Source: a virus. From it: a stretch of 64,000 nucleotides of DNA. This document shows, piece by piece, positions 19,559 to 29,035 of the stretch. The number at the start of each line of letters is the position of its first letter. Position 1 is the stretch's first letter. The DNA lies in the IMG/VR virus record IMGVR_UViG_3300031576_000028, positions 1-64,000 of that record; one strand, 5' to 3'. The notes under the pieces were generated by a model. It was not told the origin of the DNA and searched no databases. It saw nothing but the letters and a program-made list of their open reading frames with translations. A program made the position numbers and the translations under genes.

Positions 19559-19990
19559 TCAGATCTGGTTGTAGTCTTCACCCTCGAAGTCGAGGGAGAT
19601 CGTACCGTAGTCGGTCCGCGAACCGAAGCTGATCGGCACCTCGCCGAACGAGAGGTCCTTGAGCAGCATGCGGACGCGCTCGCCTCCCGGGAACACGAAC
19701 GTCGCCTTGGCGTTGATCCGCACCCCCGGCGTCCGGCGCCTGGCCTTGTCGATGAGCCGGCGAACGAGGTCGAGCACGTCGCGGTTCTCGTAGTGAAGCT
19801 CCATCTTGCCTCGGAAGCCGCGGTACACGGAGTCGCGCCGGTCGGTCGTCTCGCCGAGGTAGCCCTCGCGGAGGATCTCGAGCTGGGCCGCCATCTCGAA
19901 CGATCGAATGTCCTGGATCGAGGACAGTGGGACGTTGTCCTCGACGAGCAGCAGCTCGACTTCCTGCCCCTTGATTCTTTGAGCACACAT
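19559..19990 (-). CDS. Tail tube protein
   Basis: 143 aa, beta-rich, downstream of the sheath. Confidence 0.8.
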   Translation of the reverse strand: MCAQRIKGQEVELLLVEDNVPLSSIQDIRSFEMAAQLEILREGYLGETTDRRDSVYRGFRGKMELHYENRDVLDLVRRLIDKARRRTPGVRINAKATFVFPGGERVRMLLKDLSFGEVPISFGSRTDYGTISLDFEGEDYNQI

Positions 19991-20008
19991 CCTTTTTTCT
20001 CCGTCCTG

Positions 20009-20061
20009 AAAAGAAGAAGGGCGCGGCGGAGGTCCTTACCTGGACCGTCCCTCCGCGCCCT
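20009..20061 (-). terminator. Terminator-like hairpin plus U-tract just upstream of the tube gene
   Basis: Minus strand AGGGCGCGG...GGTCC-AGGTAA-GGACC...CCGCGCCCT followed by TCTTCTTTT. Confidence 0.55.
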
Positions 20062-20125
20062 ATCCCCGTCTTCGTACCCGGGTGAAGCGCCCTCGGGGGT
20101 GGACCCCCGAGGTGACTCTCGAAAG

Positions 20126-20320
20126 CTACGCGGAGGCCCGCCGGCTGTCAATCCCGAAGCCGGACCCTATGAAGAGCGGGGCGCAGTCGCACGAGGTGCC
20201 GCGCATGACGCCGCAGCCGACGTGGTGGAGCACGAACGCCACCTGCTGCCGCAGCGCGGCAGCCCAGACCTCGTCTGGGACGAGGTCCACCGACGCCTGC
20301 TTGCGCGAGCGGCGGCTCAC
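20126..20320 (-). CDS. Small hypothetical protein (H..C....CxC)
   Basis: GTGA overlap with the sheath stop. Confidence 0.45.
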   Translation of the reverse strand: MSRRSRKQASVDLVPDEVWAAALRQQVAFVLHHVGCGVMRGTSCDCAPLFIGSGFGIDSRRASA

Positions 20321-22383
20321 GCCGCGGCCGGGACCTGGGACGTGACGACGACGCCCTCGCCCGCGTTGACCTGGACGACGATGAAGTCGGCCGAGGCGAG
20401 CGTGCGCACATTCACGATCATGACGAAGATGTTCTTGTCCTCGGACTGCAAGGTATTCCCGCTCTTGCCATCAAGCGTGTAACCGGAGATCCTCTGGGCC
20501 GACGGGTTGTCCGGTGACAGGAGTGACGTGAGGAAGTCGTCGACCTGGCCGAGCACTCCGTCCTTGAACTGCTCTGACATCGGCAGCTTGACGAACGGCT
20601 TGAGCGCCTGGGCGATCGAGTCCTCGATGAAGTTGGCCATCTTGCGGCGGTTGATGTTCTTCTGCTTTGAGAGCAGGGACGTCGTGACGCCGGACTGGAA
20701 GATCGGCCCGACGGTCTTGTCCATCCGGATGCCCGCGATACCCCGCAGGCGGAGGAGCTTCCACGAGTTGATGTCGAGCGTCGGGACGGCCCTCGCATAG
20801 CCGAGGACGGGCGCCAGCACGCGCTTGGTCGTCCCCGACGCCTCGCCGGGGTTCCGCTCCGGCGGCAGGTTGCCCATGATGGCCGACATCCAGCCGTCGC
20901 CGCCGACGTCGACCATGCCGTCGGTGGTCGTCGACCCGTCGGCGCGCCGGATGAAGAACCCGACGGCCTCTGGGACGAACGTCAGCACCGGCGGCCAGTG
21001 GTAGAAGACGCTCTCGTCCCGGTTCGCCCCGACGCCCGGGTCGGCGTCGCTGGTCACCGTGGTCAGGGCCGTCGACTGAGTCTGGTCCAGCTCCGGGGCG
21101 ATCGAGCACGTGCGACCGACGCCGTTCGCGGACGAGCTGAGGACGTGCGAGCGCAGCTTGGTCCGGATGGTCGACGACTTGCGCGCGGCCCAGACGTGGG
21201 TGACCTCGGACGACGGAATCTCGTCGGCGAGCATGGAGTCGACGGCCGTCGCGTACAGCGCATCGATGCTCGCGTGATTGACGGCGTTGGTCCGCTGCAC
21301 GTTCGCCGTATACGCGACGGCGGTCGTCGGGCCGACCTTCCCCGCGAGGCCCGACAGTGGATCCCAGGTGGTCGCGGTGGGCGCGGGGGGTGCGACGAGC
21401 GGCTCGATGGCCGTGTTGACCGCCCACGTCCCGTCTGACGAGTCGACGCCGGTTCCCGCCCCATTGGTCAGCGGGCGGGCGGCGACGGTGAAGCTGCCCT
21501 GCGAGGTCAGCACGGACCCGGCGCCGGACCCGTACGAGTCGGCCGCGCGGCCGGGGTGGATGCGATACGCGAGGGCAGCGCCGGTCGTCCAGTTGAACGA
21601 CGACCCGTCGAGTCGCTCGACGACGAGGTTGGTCGCATCGGTGATCGATCGAACTCGGTAGGTTCGAGCGTTGGCGCCCTGAGCGCCGGCGGCGCCGATG
21701 ACGCCAAGTACGAGGATGTCCCCGATCTCAACCCCGACCTTGCCGTCGGATCTGGACAGCGTCAGGAAGGACCCCGTCGCCGAGGTGAAGATCTGCGTGA
21801 CGGCAGCCCCGACGGCCGTGACGGAGCCGTCGACTGCGGTCTTGTACTCATCCTCGGCGGAGAAGTCGACGTGGACCGCGAGCTTCATCCGCTCGGCGGC
21901 GACCAGCGACTGCTTGAACACGCGCCCCGCGGCGGCCGTCGCCCCCGCCAGTGGGATGACCGGCGTCGGGTTGGTCGCCGAGGTGTTGGTCGGCAGCTCG
22001 CGCCACACGCGAACGCCCGAGGCCGAGGCGAGGTTCACCGCCGCTAGGATCAGGCGCCCGAAGGTCTTGTTGCGCATCTCGACGTAGCCGCTCCCGCAGT
22101 CACCGCCGAACTGGCCGATGGTCTCGTCGAAGCCGCCGAACTTGTTGAGCACGTCTTGGCCCGAGACGACCTCCTGTGGCTTGGTCACCGAGGTGAACAC
22201 CCCGGATGTGTCGACCGCGATCGCGTACGTCATGTCGGCAAACTCGCCTACGAGGGCCACCACGTTGGTGTCGACGCCGCCGATGGCGGCGGGGGGCGCG
22301 AGGTCGACGATGTTGATGCCCTCGATCGCCGTGATGACGTTCTCGGGCGGGAACGTGGTGAACCTTCTGATGAAGCCGGACAT
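20317..22383 (-). CDS. Contractile tail sheath protein
   Basis: N-terminal VVALVGEF and C-terminal NINRRKMANFIEDSI...ADFIVVQV patterns; AGGAGG RBS. Confidence 0.9.
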   Translation of the reverse strand: MSGFIRRFTTFPPENVITAIEGINIVDLAPPAAIGGVDTNVVALVGEFADMTYAIAVDTSGVFTSVTKPQEVVSGQDVLNKFGGFDETIGQFGGDCGSGYVEMRNKTFGRLILAAVNLASASGVRVWRELPTNTSATNPTPVIPLAGATAAAGRVFKQSLVAAERMKLAVHVDFSAEDEYKTAVDGSVTAVGAAVTQIFTSATGSFLTLSRSDGKVGVEIGDILVLGVIGAAGAQGANARTYRVRSITDATNLVVERLDGSSFNWTTGAALAYRIHPGRAADSYGSGAGSVLTSQGSFTVAARPLTNGAGTGVDSSDGTWAVNTAIEPLVAPPAPTATTWDPLSGLAGKVGPTTAVAYTANVQRTNAVNHASIDALYATAVDSMLADEIPSSEVTHVWAARKSSTIRTKLRSHVLSSSANGVGRTCSIAPELDQTQSTALTTVTSDADPGVGANRDESVFYHWPPVLTFVPEAVGFFIRRADGSTTTDGMVDVGGDGWMSAIMGNLPPERNPGEASGTTKRVLAPVLGYARAVPTLDINSWKLLRLRGIAGIRMDKTVGPIFQSGVTTSLLSKQKNINRRKMANFIEDSIAQALKPFVKLPMSEQFKDGVLGQVDDFLTSLLSPDNPSAQRISGYTLDGKSGNTLQSEDKNIFVMIVNVRTLASADFIVVQVNAGEGVVVTSQVPAAA

Positions 22384-22418
22384 ATGTCAGTCCTCCTGCG
22401 CGGGGTTGTCGGAGAGTA

Positions 22419-23156
22419 TCACAGGTCGCCCCCGTCGCAGCCGTCCGTGACCTCGAGGTCCACCAGCGGCCGGAGGCCTGGGAGCGCTCGAGACCTGATT
22501 ACCGACGCTCTGGCGGTCAAGAACACGGACCCGGGCCGCCACCGTCGGCGGGCGTTGTCCTCCGAGTCGAGCATCTGCGTTCGCATGGGCTCGTACACGG
22601 CGATCTGGTTGAAGTAGTGCGGAAGCTGCAGCTTGAACCCGTACATCCAGTCGACGGGGTTGAGGGCGTCCTCGAGCAGCATGGAGCACTGGATGCGCTC
22701 CTCCGGGTTGCTGGTGTGCAGCTCGACGACGAGCGGGATGGTGGCCTCCGAGTACCTGACCAGGTAGGTCTTGCGCTCGGGGGAATCGCCGGGCAAGGAT
22801 TGAACCGGCGTCGTGTCGAGCGTCGGCGTGAGCGACGCGGCGTCATACTCGGCCTCGTCGCGGGCCATGATCGCCGCACCTGGGTACTTGGCGGTCTGCT
22901 CTGGCTCAGACCAGACCTCGGTCACGCGCTCGAAGCGGACGCGAACTCCGAGCACGTCGAGGTACACCTGCTCCAGGTACTCGCGGAGTCCGCGCTTGAC
23001 GGCGGTGACCGCGTCGCACTCGCGATTGGCGGTGTAAGTGGACCGAACGTCCGACGGCCGCGTGATCAACGTCGTGCGGCCCAGCGGCGGCGGGACCAGG
23101 ACAGGGGGGTTCACCGCCTCCGGAGGCGGGATCTGCGGATCGTTGCAGTCGCTCAT
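22419..23156 (-). CDS. Tail terminator/completion protein (putative)
   Basis: Position between neck and sheath; ATGA coupling. Confidence 0.6.
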   Translation of the reverse strand: MSDCNDPQIPPPEAVNPPVLVPPPLGRTTLITRPSDVRSTYTANRECDAVTAVKRGLREYLEQVYLDVLGVRVRFERVTEVWSEPEQTAKYPGAAIMARDEAEYDAASLTPTLDTTPVQSLPGDSPERKTYLVRYSEATIPLVVELHTSNPEERIQCSMLLEDALNPVDWMYGFKLQLPHYFNQIAVYEPMRTQMLDSEDNARRRWRPGSVFLTARASVIRSRALPGLRPLVDLEVTDGCDGGDL

Positions 23157-23689
23157 CCGTTCTTCGCCCTCTTCAGCGCCGACCGGATCTCCTCGCGTAC
23201 CTCCTCCATCACGATCCTGATGATCGCGCCGGAGGTGCCTGGGTTGGTCAGGACGCGGCGACCCGCCAGGCCTCGCTTGGCGATGGCCAGGGCGATCGGG
23301 AACTTCGCCTTCTCAGCTTCCTCGTCGGACAGCCCGAGGCGCTGCTTGACCCAGAGCTTGATGGTGTCGGGCGGTGGCATGCGCGAGCCGGCCCTGCGCC
23401 CGCGCTCGATTACGTCGGCGGCCGGATGGTCGTTGAACACGCGGCCGCCTGTGGCCGTGAGCTCGAACTGCCAGCGGCGCTTGTACTCGCCGGTGTTGAC
23501 CGCGCCGATCGAGCCGTTCGGGCTCGCCGGCATCGCGTTGTCAACGGAGCTGTGGACCACGGCGATGGACCGCATGACGCCGCTGTGTATGCCGCGGACG
23601 ATCGCGCTGTCCGCACCGCGCAGGTTCGACTTGAGCTTCGCGAAGTACTTGCGAAGGTCGGCAACGGTCATGGAGCGGCCGACGCTCAT
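23153..23689 (-). CDS. Neck protein, HK97 gp10-like
   Basis: AVNTGEYKRRW...ADVIERGRRAG..PP...IKLWV motif. Confidence 0.7.
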   Translation of the reverse strand: MSVGRSMTVADLRKYFAKLKSNLRGADSAIVRGIHSGVMRSIAVVHSSVDNAMPASPNGSIGAVNTGEYKRRWQFELTATGGRVFNDHPAADVIERGRRAGSRMPPPDTIKLWVKQRLGLSDEEAEKAKFPIALAIAKRGLAGRRVLTNPGTSGAIIRIVMEEVREEIRSALKRAKNG

Positions 23690-24240
23690 CCCTGCGTCCC
23701 CCCGTCTCGAGATCGGTTCTCGAGCGCGCTAACCAAGACGACCGTCCACTCGAACGAGGTCGCATTCCACGACGGCAGCGAGTCTCGCACGAACCGGCGC
23801 TTCTCGGATGGTAGGCCGTCGCGCCGGAAGAACTCGATCTCGTAGTACAGCGTCTCGTTCGGCGGCGGGTCTGACCCGTCGGATCCGGAGCCGAGCAGGT
23901 GCTCCTCGGTGTACCGGCCGCTGATCTTCTGGAGCTGGATGAGGCCCTGCTCATTGAGGCCGATCGGGGTGACGACCTCCTTGAGGGAGGAGACGTCGAC
24001 TACGAGCGGCGTCGGCAGGATCTCCAGCTGTCCAAGGACCTGCTCAGGGCCCATGCCGCGGCGCTGCCCGGCGTACCGCGTGCGAACGATCTGCACGCGG
24101 TACGGCCTGAAACCGAACTTGGTGAGCTTGTCTCGCGCCTTGTCGACGACCGGTACGAGGCGCTGGCCGAGGGAGCTCTTGATGAGCTCCGCGGTCGGGA
24201 TGGTGAACCCGTCCTTCTTGCCTGCGCCGTCGCAGCCCAT
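23686..24240 (-). CDS. Head closure / head-tail joining protein (putative)
   Basis: Position and size. Confidence 0.55.
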   Translation of the reverse strand: MGCDGAGKKDGFTIPTAELIKSSLGQRLVPVVDKARDKLTKFGFRPYRVQIVRTRYAGQRRGMGPEQVLGQLEILPTPLVVDVSSLKEVVTPIGLNEQGLIQLQKISGRYTEEHLLGSGSDGSDPPPNETLYYEIEFFRRDGLPSEKRRFVRDSLPSWNATSFEWTVVLVSALENRSRDGGTQG

Positions 24241-24243
24241 GGC

Positions 24244-24660
24244 CTACCCGCGCACCGGTATGGAGCCGGCGACGGCCCCGCCGCCGACCCCGAGCAGGCT
24301 CCGGAACTTCGCGGCGCCCGGGTACAAGGGGGCCCCGACGACGTCGGCGAGCCTGGCCGCCCAGCGGCAGTACTCCTTCTCGAGCTCGTCGATGTGGTCC
24401 TTGCGGATCTCGACCTGCTCGACGCGCGTGACTTCGAGGCTGTCGAGGCCACCCTCCATCTTGCACTCGATCTTGTCGAGCGTCGTGATGAGCTTGCGGA
24501 CGCGGTCCTCCGAGGTCGTCGGCAGGCGATCAATCGCCGACTCGACCAGGAACATGGTCTGGATCGGCACCGGCAGGCCGTACGCGAGGCCGGCGGCGGT
24601 CGCCTGCCCCGTGTACCCCATGTGGTACTTGATGCGCTCCTTCTCGGGCGGGTCGAACAT
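24244..24660 (-). CDS. Head-tail adaptor (putative)
   Basis: EKERIKYHMGY N-terminus; position after the capsid gene. Confidence 0.6.
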   Translation of the reverse strand: MFDPPEKERIKYHMGYTGQATAAGLAYGLPVPIQTMFLVESAIDRLPTTSEDRVRKLITTLDKIECKMEGGLDSLEVTRVEQVEIRKDHIDELEKEYCRWAARLADVVGAPLYPGAAKFRSLLGVGGGAVAGSIPVRG

Positions 24661-24664
24661 CGAC

Positions 24665-24967
24665 CTACTCCCTCACCAACTCCAGCTCGAGGCCCTGGCG
24701 CTTCAGCTGGTCGATGTCGTAGCCGGCCGAGTCGAACACCCGGCCGGCTTTGTAGTCGATGAGCTGGCCGGCGAGCGAGGCTCGCTTGTCGGCCAGGAGC
24801 CTGTAACGCGGGCGCCTCGAGCCTTGAACCGGCACCGGCTCGTCGAGGTCGCTCACGTCGACGTCCTGCGGGCCAGGAGGAGCCTTCGCCGTCGGCTTCG
24901 CGGCCGCGACGTCGGGTCCGAGCTTCGCGGACTCCAGGGGGTCGTACTTCGCCTTACCAGATGCCAT
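24665..24967 (-). CDS. Hypothetical protein
   Basis: GGAGGAG RBS; follows the major capsid gene. Confidence 0.7.
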   Translation of the reverse strand: MASGKAKYDPLESAKLGPDVAAAKPTAKAPPGPQDVDVSDLDEPVPVQGSRRPRYRLLADKRASLAGQLIDYKAGRVFDSAGYDIDQLKRQGLELELVRE

Positions 24968-25050
24968 AGCGCTCCTCCACGTGGGTGCAGGTGGGCCAGA
25001 TCAGTAGGACCAGGCCCTTGGAGGAGGCTACCCTGCGCCGCCTCCGGCGG

Positions 25051-26448
25051 CTACTCGCCGTGGAGGATCGTCTGCACGCGCTTGAAGCGCGCCGCGTCGC
25101 CCGTCGTCGCGTCGGTGCGCATCGGCCAATCGCCGATGAACTTCCAGGACGTTGAGACGAGGTCCTGGAGTCGGTTCAGCGGGGCCCGGATGATGAGCTT
25201 GATGCGGTCCGTCGAGATCTCGATTCCGTTGTTGTTGATCGAGGGCTCGCCGACCTTGCCGGTGATGCCGGCCTCGGTGATGAGGCCAGCGAGGTCCTGG
25301 TAGTACTCGAAGATCGAGGACTGGCCACACAGGAGCACGCGGTTCATGCGCACGCCGGTCGAGGCGACGCCGTTCGAGAACAGCTCCGGGCTGAACGGGT
25401 CGTCGAGCGAGAACGTCGCCGTCGAGCCGCCGATCACGGTCTCCGGGACCGGGCACTCCGAGTTCCGGAAGATGACAGTGTTCAGGAGCTCGCCGACCGC
25501 GAACTGCTTGTACATGTAGTAGTCGGGCAGCGACTGCAGGAGGCGCTGGAACTCGGCGTCGCCGAAGATCTGCGTCTGGCCAGTCGGGTTCATGTGCGCG
25601 TGGAAGCGGCCGTCCGGCATCTCCGGGACGTTCTGCGACCAGAAGCGCGCGACCGCCGTGCGGAGCGAGGCGAGCGTCAGCACGTCGCCCGAGCCGATGT
25701 CGTCCGTGCGGTTGCCGCCGCCGACGTACACCATCGAGGTGCGGTCGCTGGAGACGAACAGGTCGCGGTCGGTGACCGCGATGGCCACGTCGAGCGTCAC
25801 CGTACCTGGGCCGAGCTCATCGCCCGGGTTGTCCGGCGTGAACCCGACCACGTTGCGCGTGGTCGCGAGCGACGTGATCGACACGAGCAGCGGGTTGTTG
25901 ACGCTGACCGGCGAGAACTTCACCGGCGAACCGGCGATGAGCGTCGGGTTGCGCGCCTTCGTGAAGCCGTTGAGGCGCTTCACGCGGATCGTCGTGGATG
26001 CGCCCTGCGTGCCGTCCGCGACCGTCCAGCCGCTGGCGGCCGTGTTGTACATCTTGTTCCGGACGATGCGGTTCATCGTCTGGCCGGCAGACATGCCGAG
26101 CTGCTGCGCGTTGCGCAGGAACAGGTTGGCGATCGCCGCGATGCTGGTGGGCATGTGCGTGTCGATCGAGTCGGCGTACTGCTGGATGGTGGCCTCCCAC
26201 TGCTCGGCCTGGTAGGTCGAGGGCGGCGGATCGGTCCCGGGGACCAGCGGTCGCGCCTTGGGCGTGATCAGGCCGGTGCCGGTGAACACCATCGTGTCGC
26301 CGACGTTGGCCGGCCACAGCTGGGGGGCGGCCTCGCCGCGGAAGAGGAGGCGGGGGAACAAGGCGTCGTGAAACGCCCGCTCCAGGAGGTTGTCCTGGAC
26401 CAGCGCCCGAATCTCGGGAGCCTGGCTGATGGTTGAGAAATCGGGCAT
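25051..26448 (-). CDS. Major capsid protein
   Basis: 465 aa after the scaffold; GDTMVFT, ATIQQYAD, LGMSAGQTMNRIVR and PLNRLQDLVSTSWK patterns of HK97-fold capsids. Confidence 0.85.
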   Translation of the reverse strand: MPDFSTISQAPEIRALVQDNLLERAFHDALFPRLLFRGEAAPQLWPANVGDTMVFTGTGLITPKARPLVPGTDPPPSTYQAEQWEATIQQYADSIDTHMPTSIAAIANLFLRNAQQLGMSAGQTMNRIVRNKMYNTAASGWTVADGTQGASTTIRVKRLNGFTKARNPTLIAGSPVKFSPVSVNNPLLVSITSLATTRNVVGFTPDNPGDELGPGTVTLDVAIAVTDRDLFVSSDRTSMVYVGGGNRTDDIGSGDVLTLASLRTAVARFWSQNVPEMPDGRFHAHMNPTGQTQIFGDAEFQRLLQSLPDYYMYKQFAVGELLNTVIFRNSECPVPETVIGGSTATFSLDDPFSPELFSNGVASTGVRMNRVLLCGQSSIFEYYQDLAGLITEAGITGKVGEPSINNNGIEISTDRIKLIIRAPLNRLQDLVSTSWKFIGDWPMRTDATTGDAARFKRVQTILHGE

Positions 26449-26486
26449 CGTGATCTCCGTTCAGCGGCGGGCGTGACTGCCGCGCC

Positions 26487-27365
26487 TTAGAGGTGCGGGT
26501 TGAGGCCGAGCTCTCGGAGGCGCTTCTGCACATCCTCGGGCTTGGCGGTGCGTGCGTCGAACTGTCTGGTCGCCGCGTCAATCACCTGGGTCTCCCCTGG
26601 CGTCGGCGCGACGACCTGGGTGCCACCGGGCTTCACAGCCCCGTTGGTCCCGGTCGTGGCAGGGGCCACCGTCTCGCCGAAGAGATACGGCTTGTCCTTC
26701 TTGAGCCCGTCGTAGAACGCCTTGCGGTCGAACGCCGCGATCTCCTGCTCGCTCTTACCCTCGAGGACTCGGGTGAGCAGGCGGATCGAGTAGTCGACGT
26801 CCTTGATGCCAGCGCCGTAGCACTCGTCGCGGAGGGCCATCTCGGCATCCTTCGCGTCGAGCTTCGCCTGGAGATCCCGGTTCTTCCGATTCTCCGAGCG
26901 CCACTGCTTGCGCATCTTGGACCTCTCGTCGTTAGCGCGGGCTTGCTCCTGGCGGAGCCGCTCGGCCTCCTTCGAGGCGGCGTCGTTCTTGGTGGCTGGC
27001 TTGATCGGCATCGTCGTGGTTCCTTGCGGCGGGGGTGGGGTCTGCGTGATCGGGGTTTGCGGCTTCTTGAGAGCTGCGAGAGCCTTCAGTGCGTCATCAT
27101 GGTCGGCGAACCCGGCTGCCCGGGCCCTGGCGTCGAGATCGGAGATCGCCTGCTGGCGTCCCTTCTCCTTGGCCTCTTCCTTGATGCGCTTGAAGTCGCT
27201 GTGCCTGACCTGCTGGACTCCCTCCTCTTGACCACCCTTGGGCTCCGCTGGGGCGGCTTGCGCCGCGCCGTTGGTCGGCTGCTGGGTGGTCGTCGCTGCC
27301 GGTCCTGTTCCGGCGGTGCTGATCTTGGATTCGTCGATCTCTTCGGTCGGGTCTGGGTCTGGCAT
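26487..27365 (-). CDS. Capsid scaffolding protein
   Basis: Disordered N-terminus, coiled coil, LKKDKPYLF motif; directly upstream of the capsid gene. Confidence 0.8.
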   Translation of the reverse strand: MPDPDPTEEIDESKISTAGTGPAATTTQQPTNGAAQAAPAEPKGGQEEGVQQVRHSDFKRIKEEAKEKGRQQAISDLDARARAAGFADHDDALKALAALKKPQTPITQTPPPPQGTTTMPIKPATKNDAASKEAERLRQEQARANDERSKMRKQWRSENRKNRDLQAKLDAKDAEMALRDECYGAGIKDVDYSIRLLTRVLEGKSEQEIAAFDRKAFYDGLKKDKPYLFGETVAPATTGTNGAVKPGGTQVVAPTPGETQVIDAATRQFDARTAKPEDVQKRLRELGLNPHL

Positions 27366-27394
27366 CGCTCTCGCTCCTCGTTCCCCGGGTTCAC

Positions 27395-27418
27395 CGTCTG
27401 TTAACCGCCGACGTGGCG
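27395..27418 (-). promoter_or_regulatory. Compact H-type RNA pseudoknot in the scaffold gene leader
   Basis: Minus strand CGCC-A-CGTC-GGCG-GTTAACA-GACG: stem1 CGCC/GGCG, stem2 CGTC/GACG. Confidence 0.55.
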
Positions 27419-27515
27419 TGGGTGGGTCCCGGAGCTCGATCGCTACCTGACTGGTGGTTGGTCTGTTGGTTGATCGGGAAGGTTGTACCTTGCCCGCCTA
27501 AGCGGGCGCAAGGGC

Positions 27516-27971
27516 TTACGGCGCGCCGTCGAGGGCCGCCTGCTCGGCGGTCATGTCGGTGAACGGCCGCGGGATGTACTCGATCACGAACGCCGTGACC
27601 GCGGCCTGGAACGTGATGACCTTGCCGTTGTCCGACAAGAGGCAGACGTGGACCGATCCGGCGCCGATGGCCGTCGCGGTACCGCCGGCGTCCGTGACGA
27701 CCGCCGGTCCGGCCGCGAGGGTTCCGGCGGTCACGCGGAGCGTGGTCACCGACAGGGCCGCGAGGCGCTTCGAGTTGCTTGCGCCGACGGTCTCGCCGGT
27801 GCCGTCGATTGCAGTGAGATCCTGCGTCGCGGCCGAGGTCAAGCCCGTGAAGGTGCGCTTCAGTGGGGCGAGCAGCGTGCCGAGGCGGACCTTCGCGAGG
27901 ATGTCCTCGAGTTGGCCGCCGCGGGCGCCGTCGAGGGCGGACTGGAGGGTGGTTCGAGCGGTAACGGTCAT
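27516..27971 (-). CDS. Putative head decoration/structural protein
   Basis: AAGGAG RBS; A/T/G-rich beta protein in the head module. Confidence 0.65.
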   Translation of the reverse strand: MTVTARTTLQSALDGARGGQLEDILAKVRLGTLLAPLKRTFTGLTSAATQDLTAIDGTGETVGASNSKRLAALSVTTLRVTAGTLAAGPAVVTDAGGTATAIGAGSVHVCLLSDNGKVITFQAAVTAFVIEYIPRPFTDMTAEQAALDGAP

Positions 27972-28001
27972 CGGTTGAGCTCCTTGTGGGGCGTGGTCAT
28001 A

Positions 28002-28385
28002 TCACGACTTCTGGCCGAGGAAGACCTTGACCCTGGTCTCCTGGCCCACGACCCGCTGGAGGTCGAGTGCGGTGAAGGGGGCCGTCTTCGAGATCAGGCT
28101 GAGGTGACCGTCGACCGGGATGACCTGAGTCGCCCCGTCCGCGCTGGTGAACCGTGCCTTGATCTTCCTGTCGCAGGAGATCTCGATGACGTTGGCGTTG
28201 ACGACGCCGCCGAACGCTACCACCTGCACGGCGTCGAGGCTCAGGACGTAGTCGTCGAAGTACTTCTGCGCCAGAGTGACAGTCTCACTGATCGGGGCGA
28301 GGAGCGATGGGGCGCCGCTGGCGAGGAGGACCCCCGTCTGCGGCGTCGTGCTCCAAGATCCCTGGATCGTGAACTTGTCGGTCAT
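28002..28385 (-). CDS. Putative structural protein
   Basis: GC3 bias; head module. Confidence 0.65.
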   Translation of the reverse strand: MTDKFTIQGSWSTTPQTGVLLASGAPSLLAPISETVTLAQKYFDDYVLSLDAVQVVAFGGVVNANVIEISCDRKIKARFTSADGATQVIPVDGHLSLISKTAPFTALDLQRVVGQETRVKVFLGQKS

Positions 28386-28400
28386 GCTGGCGCTCGATGA

Positions 28401-28586
28401 TCAGGTCGGGCCGAGCTTGAAGGGTGCCGGGTCGGGCGCCGCGGGGTTCGCGTTCGGCATGCCCTGCAGCGTGCCGGTGCGCTTGACGTTGTCGGAGTAC
28501 GTGCCGTGCTCGGCGTCGTACTTCTCGATGACTTCCTTGTAGGTGCCGGACTGGCCGACGCCGTCCGCCTGGTTCTGATCGGGCAT
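28401..28586 (-). CDS. Micropeptide paralogue C (ends AAPDPAPFKLGPT)
   Basis: AGGAG RBS; motif shared with neighbours. Confidence 0.75.
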   Translation of the reverse strand: MPDQNQADGVGQSGTYKEVIEKYDAEHGTYSDNVKRTGTLQGMPNANPAAPDPAPFKLGPT

Positions 28587-28604
28587 GGGATTGCTCCTGG
28601 TTGG

Positions 28605-28829
28605 TTACTTGATCGGGTCTGGGTCGGGGGCCGCGCCGTTTGGCGCGTTGGTGAAGGGCGATCCCGAGACGTTGTCTCGGTACGAGCCACCTGCAACGGA
28701 GGTCGGGACCCCGGCCTCGTGGTCCATCGGCTGGGCGTCGGCCGGGAAGCCGCCTCGGTCCGTGCCGATGTCGAGGGCGCGGTTGCGCGGGGTGTTCAGC
28801 TTGGTCGGCGATCTCGGTGGGCTCGGCAT
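28605..28829 (-). CDS. Micropeptide paralogue B (ends AAPDPDPIK)
   Basis: AGGAGG RBS; overlaps the upstream stop. Confidence 0.7.
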   Translation of the reverse strand: MPSPPRSPTKLNTPRNRALDIGTDRGGFPADAQPMDHEAGVPTSVAGGSYRDNVSGSPFTNAPNGAAPDPDPIK

Positions 28830-29026
28830 CACATGCCTCCTAGCTTGAACGGCGAGGGATCTTGGCGGCCAGCAGGAGCGGCGTGCCCCGCCTGCGGGGT
28901 CGCGGCGTCGAGCTCGAACGAGCCCGGCCACTCGACCCCCGGCATGGACGGCTGAGCCTGCTGATCGTAGAAGGACTGCTCCTTCGTCGAGTTCCCCTGA
29001 AGTGGAAGGACCATCGGTCTCTTCAT
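28829..29026 (-). CDS. Micropeptide paralogue A (ends QDPSPFKLGGM)
   Basis: First gene after a sigma-70 promoter. Confidence 0.7.
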   Translation of the reverse strand: MKRPMVLPLQGNSTKEQSFYDQQAQPSMPGVEWPGSFELDAATPQAGHAAPAGRQDPSPFKLGGM

Positions 29027-29035
29027 ACTCCCGTG

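Noticed and set aside
11285-22383. Tailocin / extracellular contractile injection system
   Set aside because: Portal, capsid, scaffold and terminase are present, so this is a phage
27395-27418. preQ1 riboswitch (given the que genes)
   Set aside because: Lacks the preQ1-I loop consensus and A-rich tail, and lies before the scaffold gene rather than a que gene
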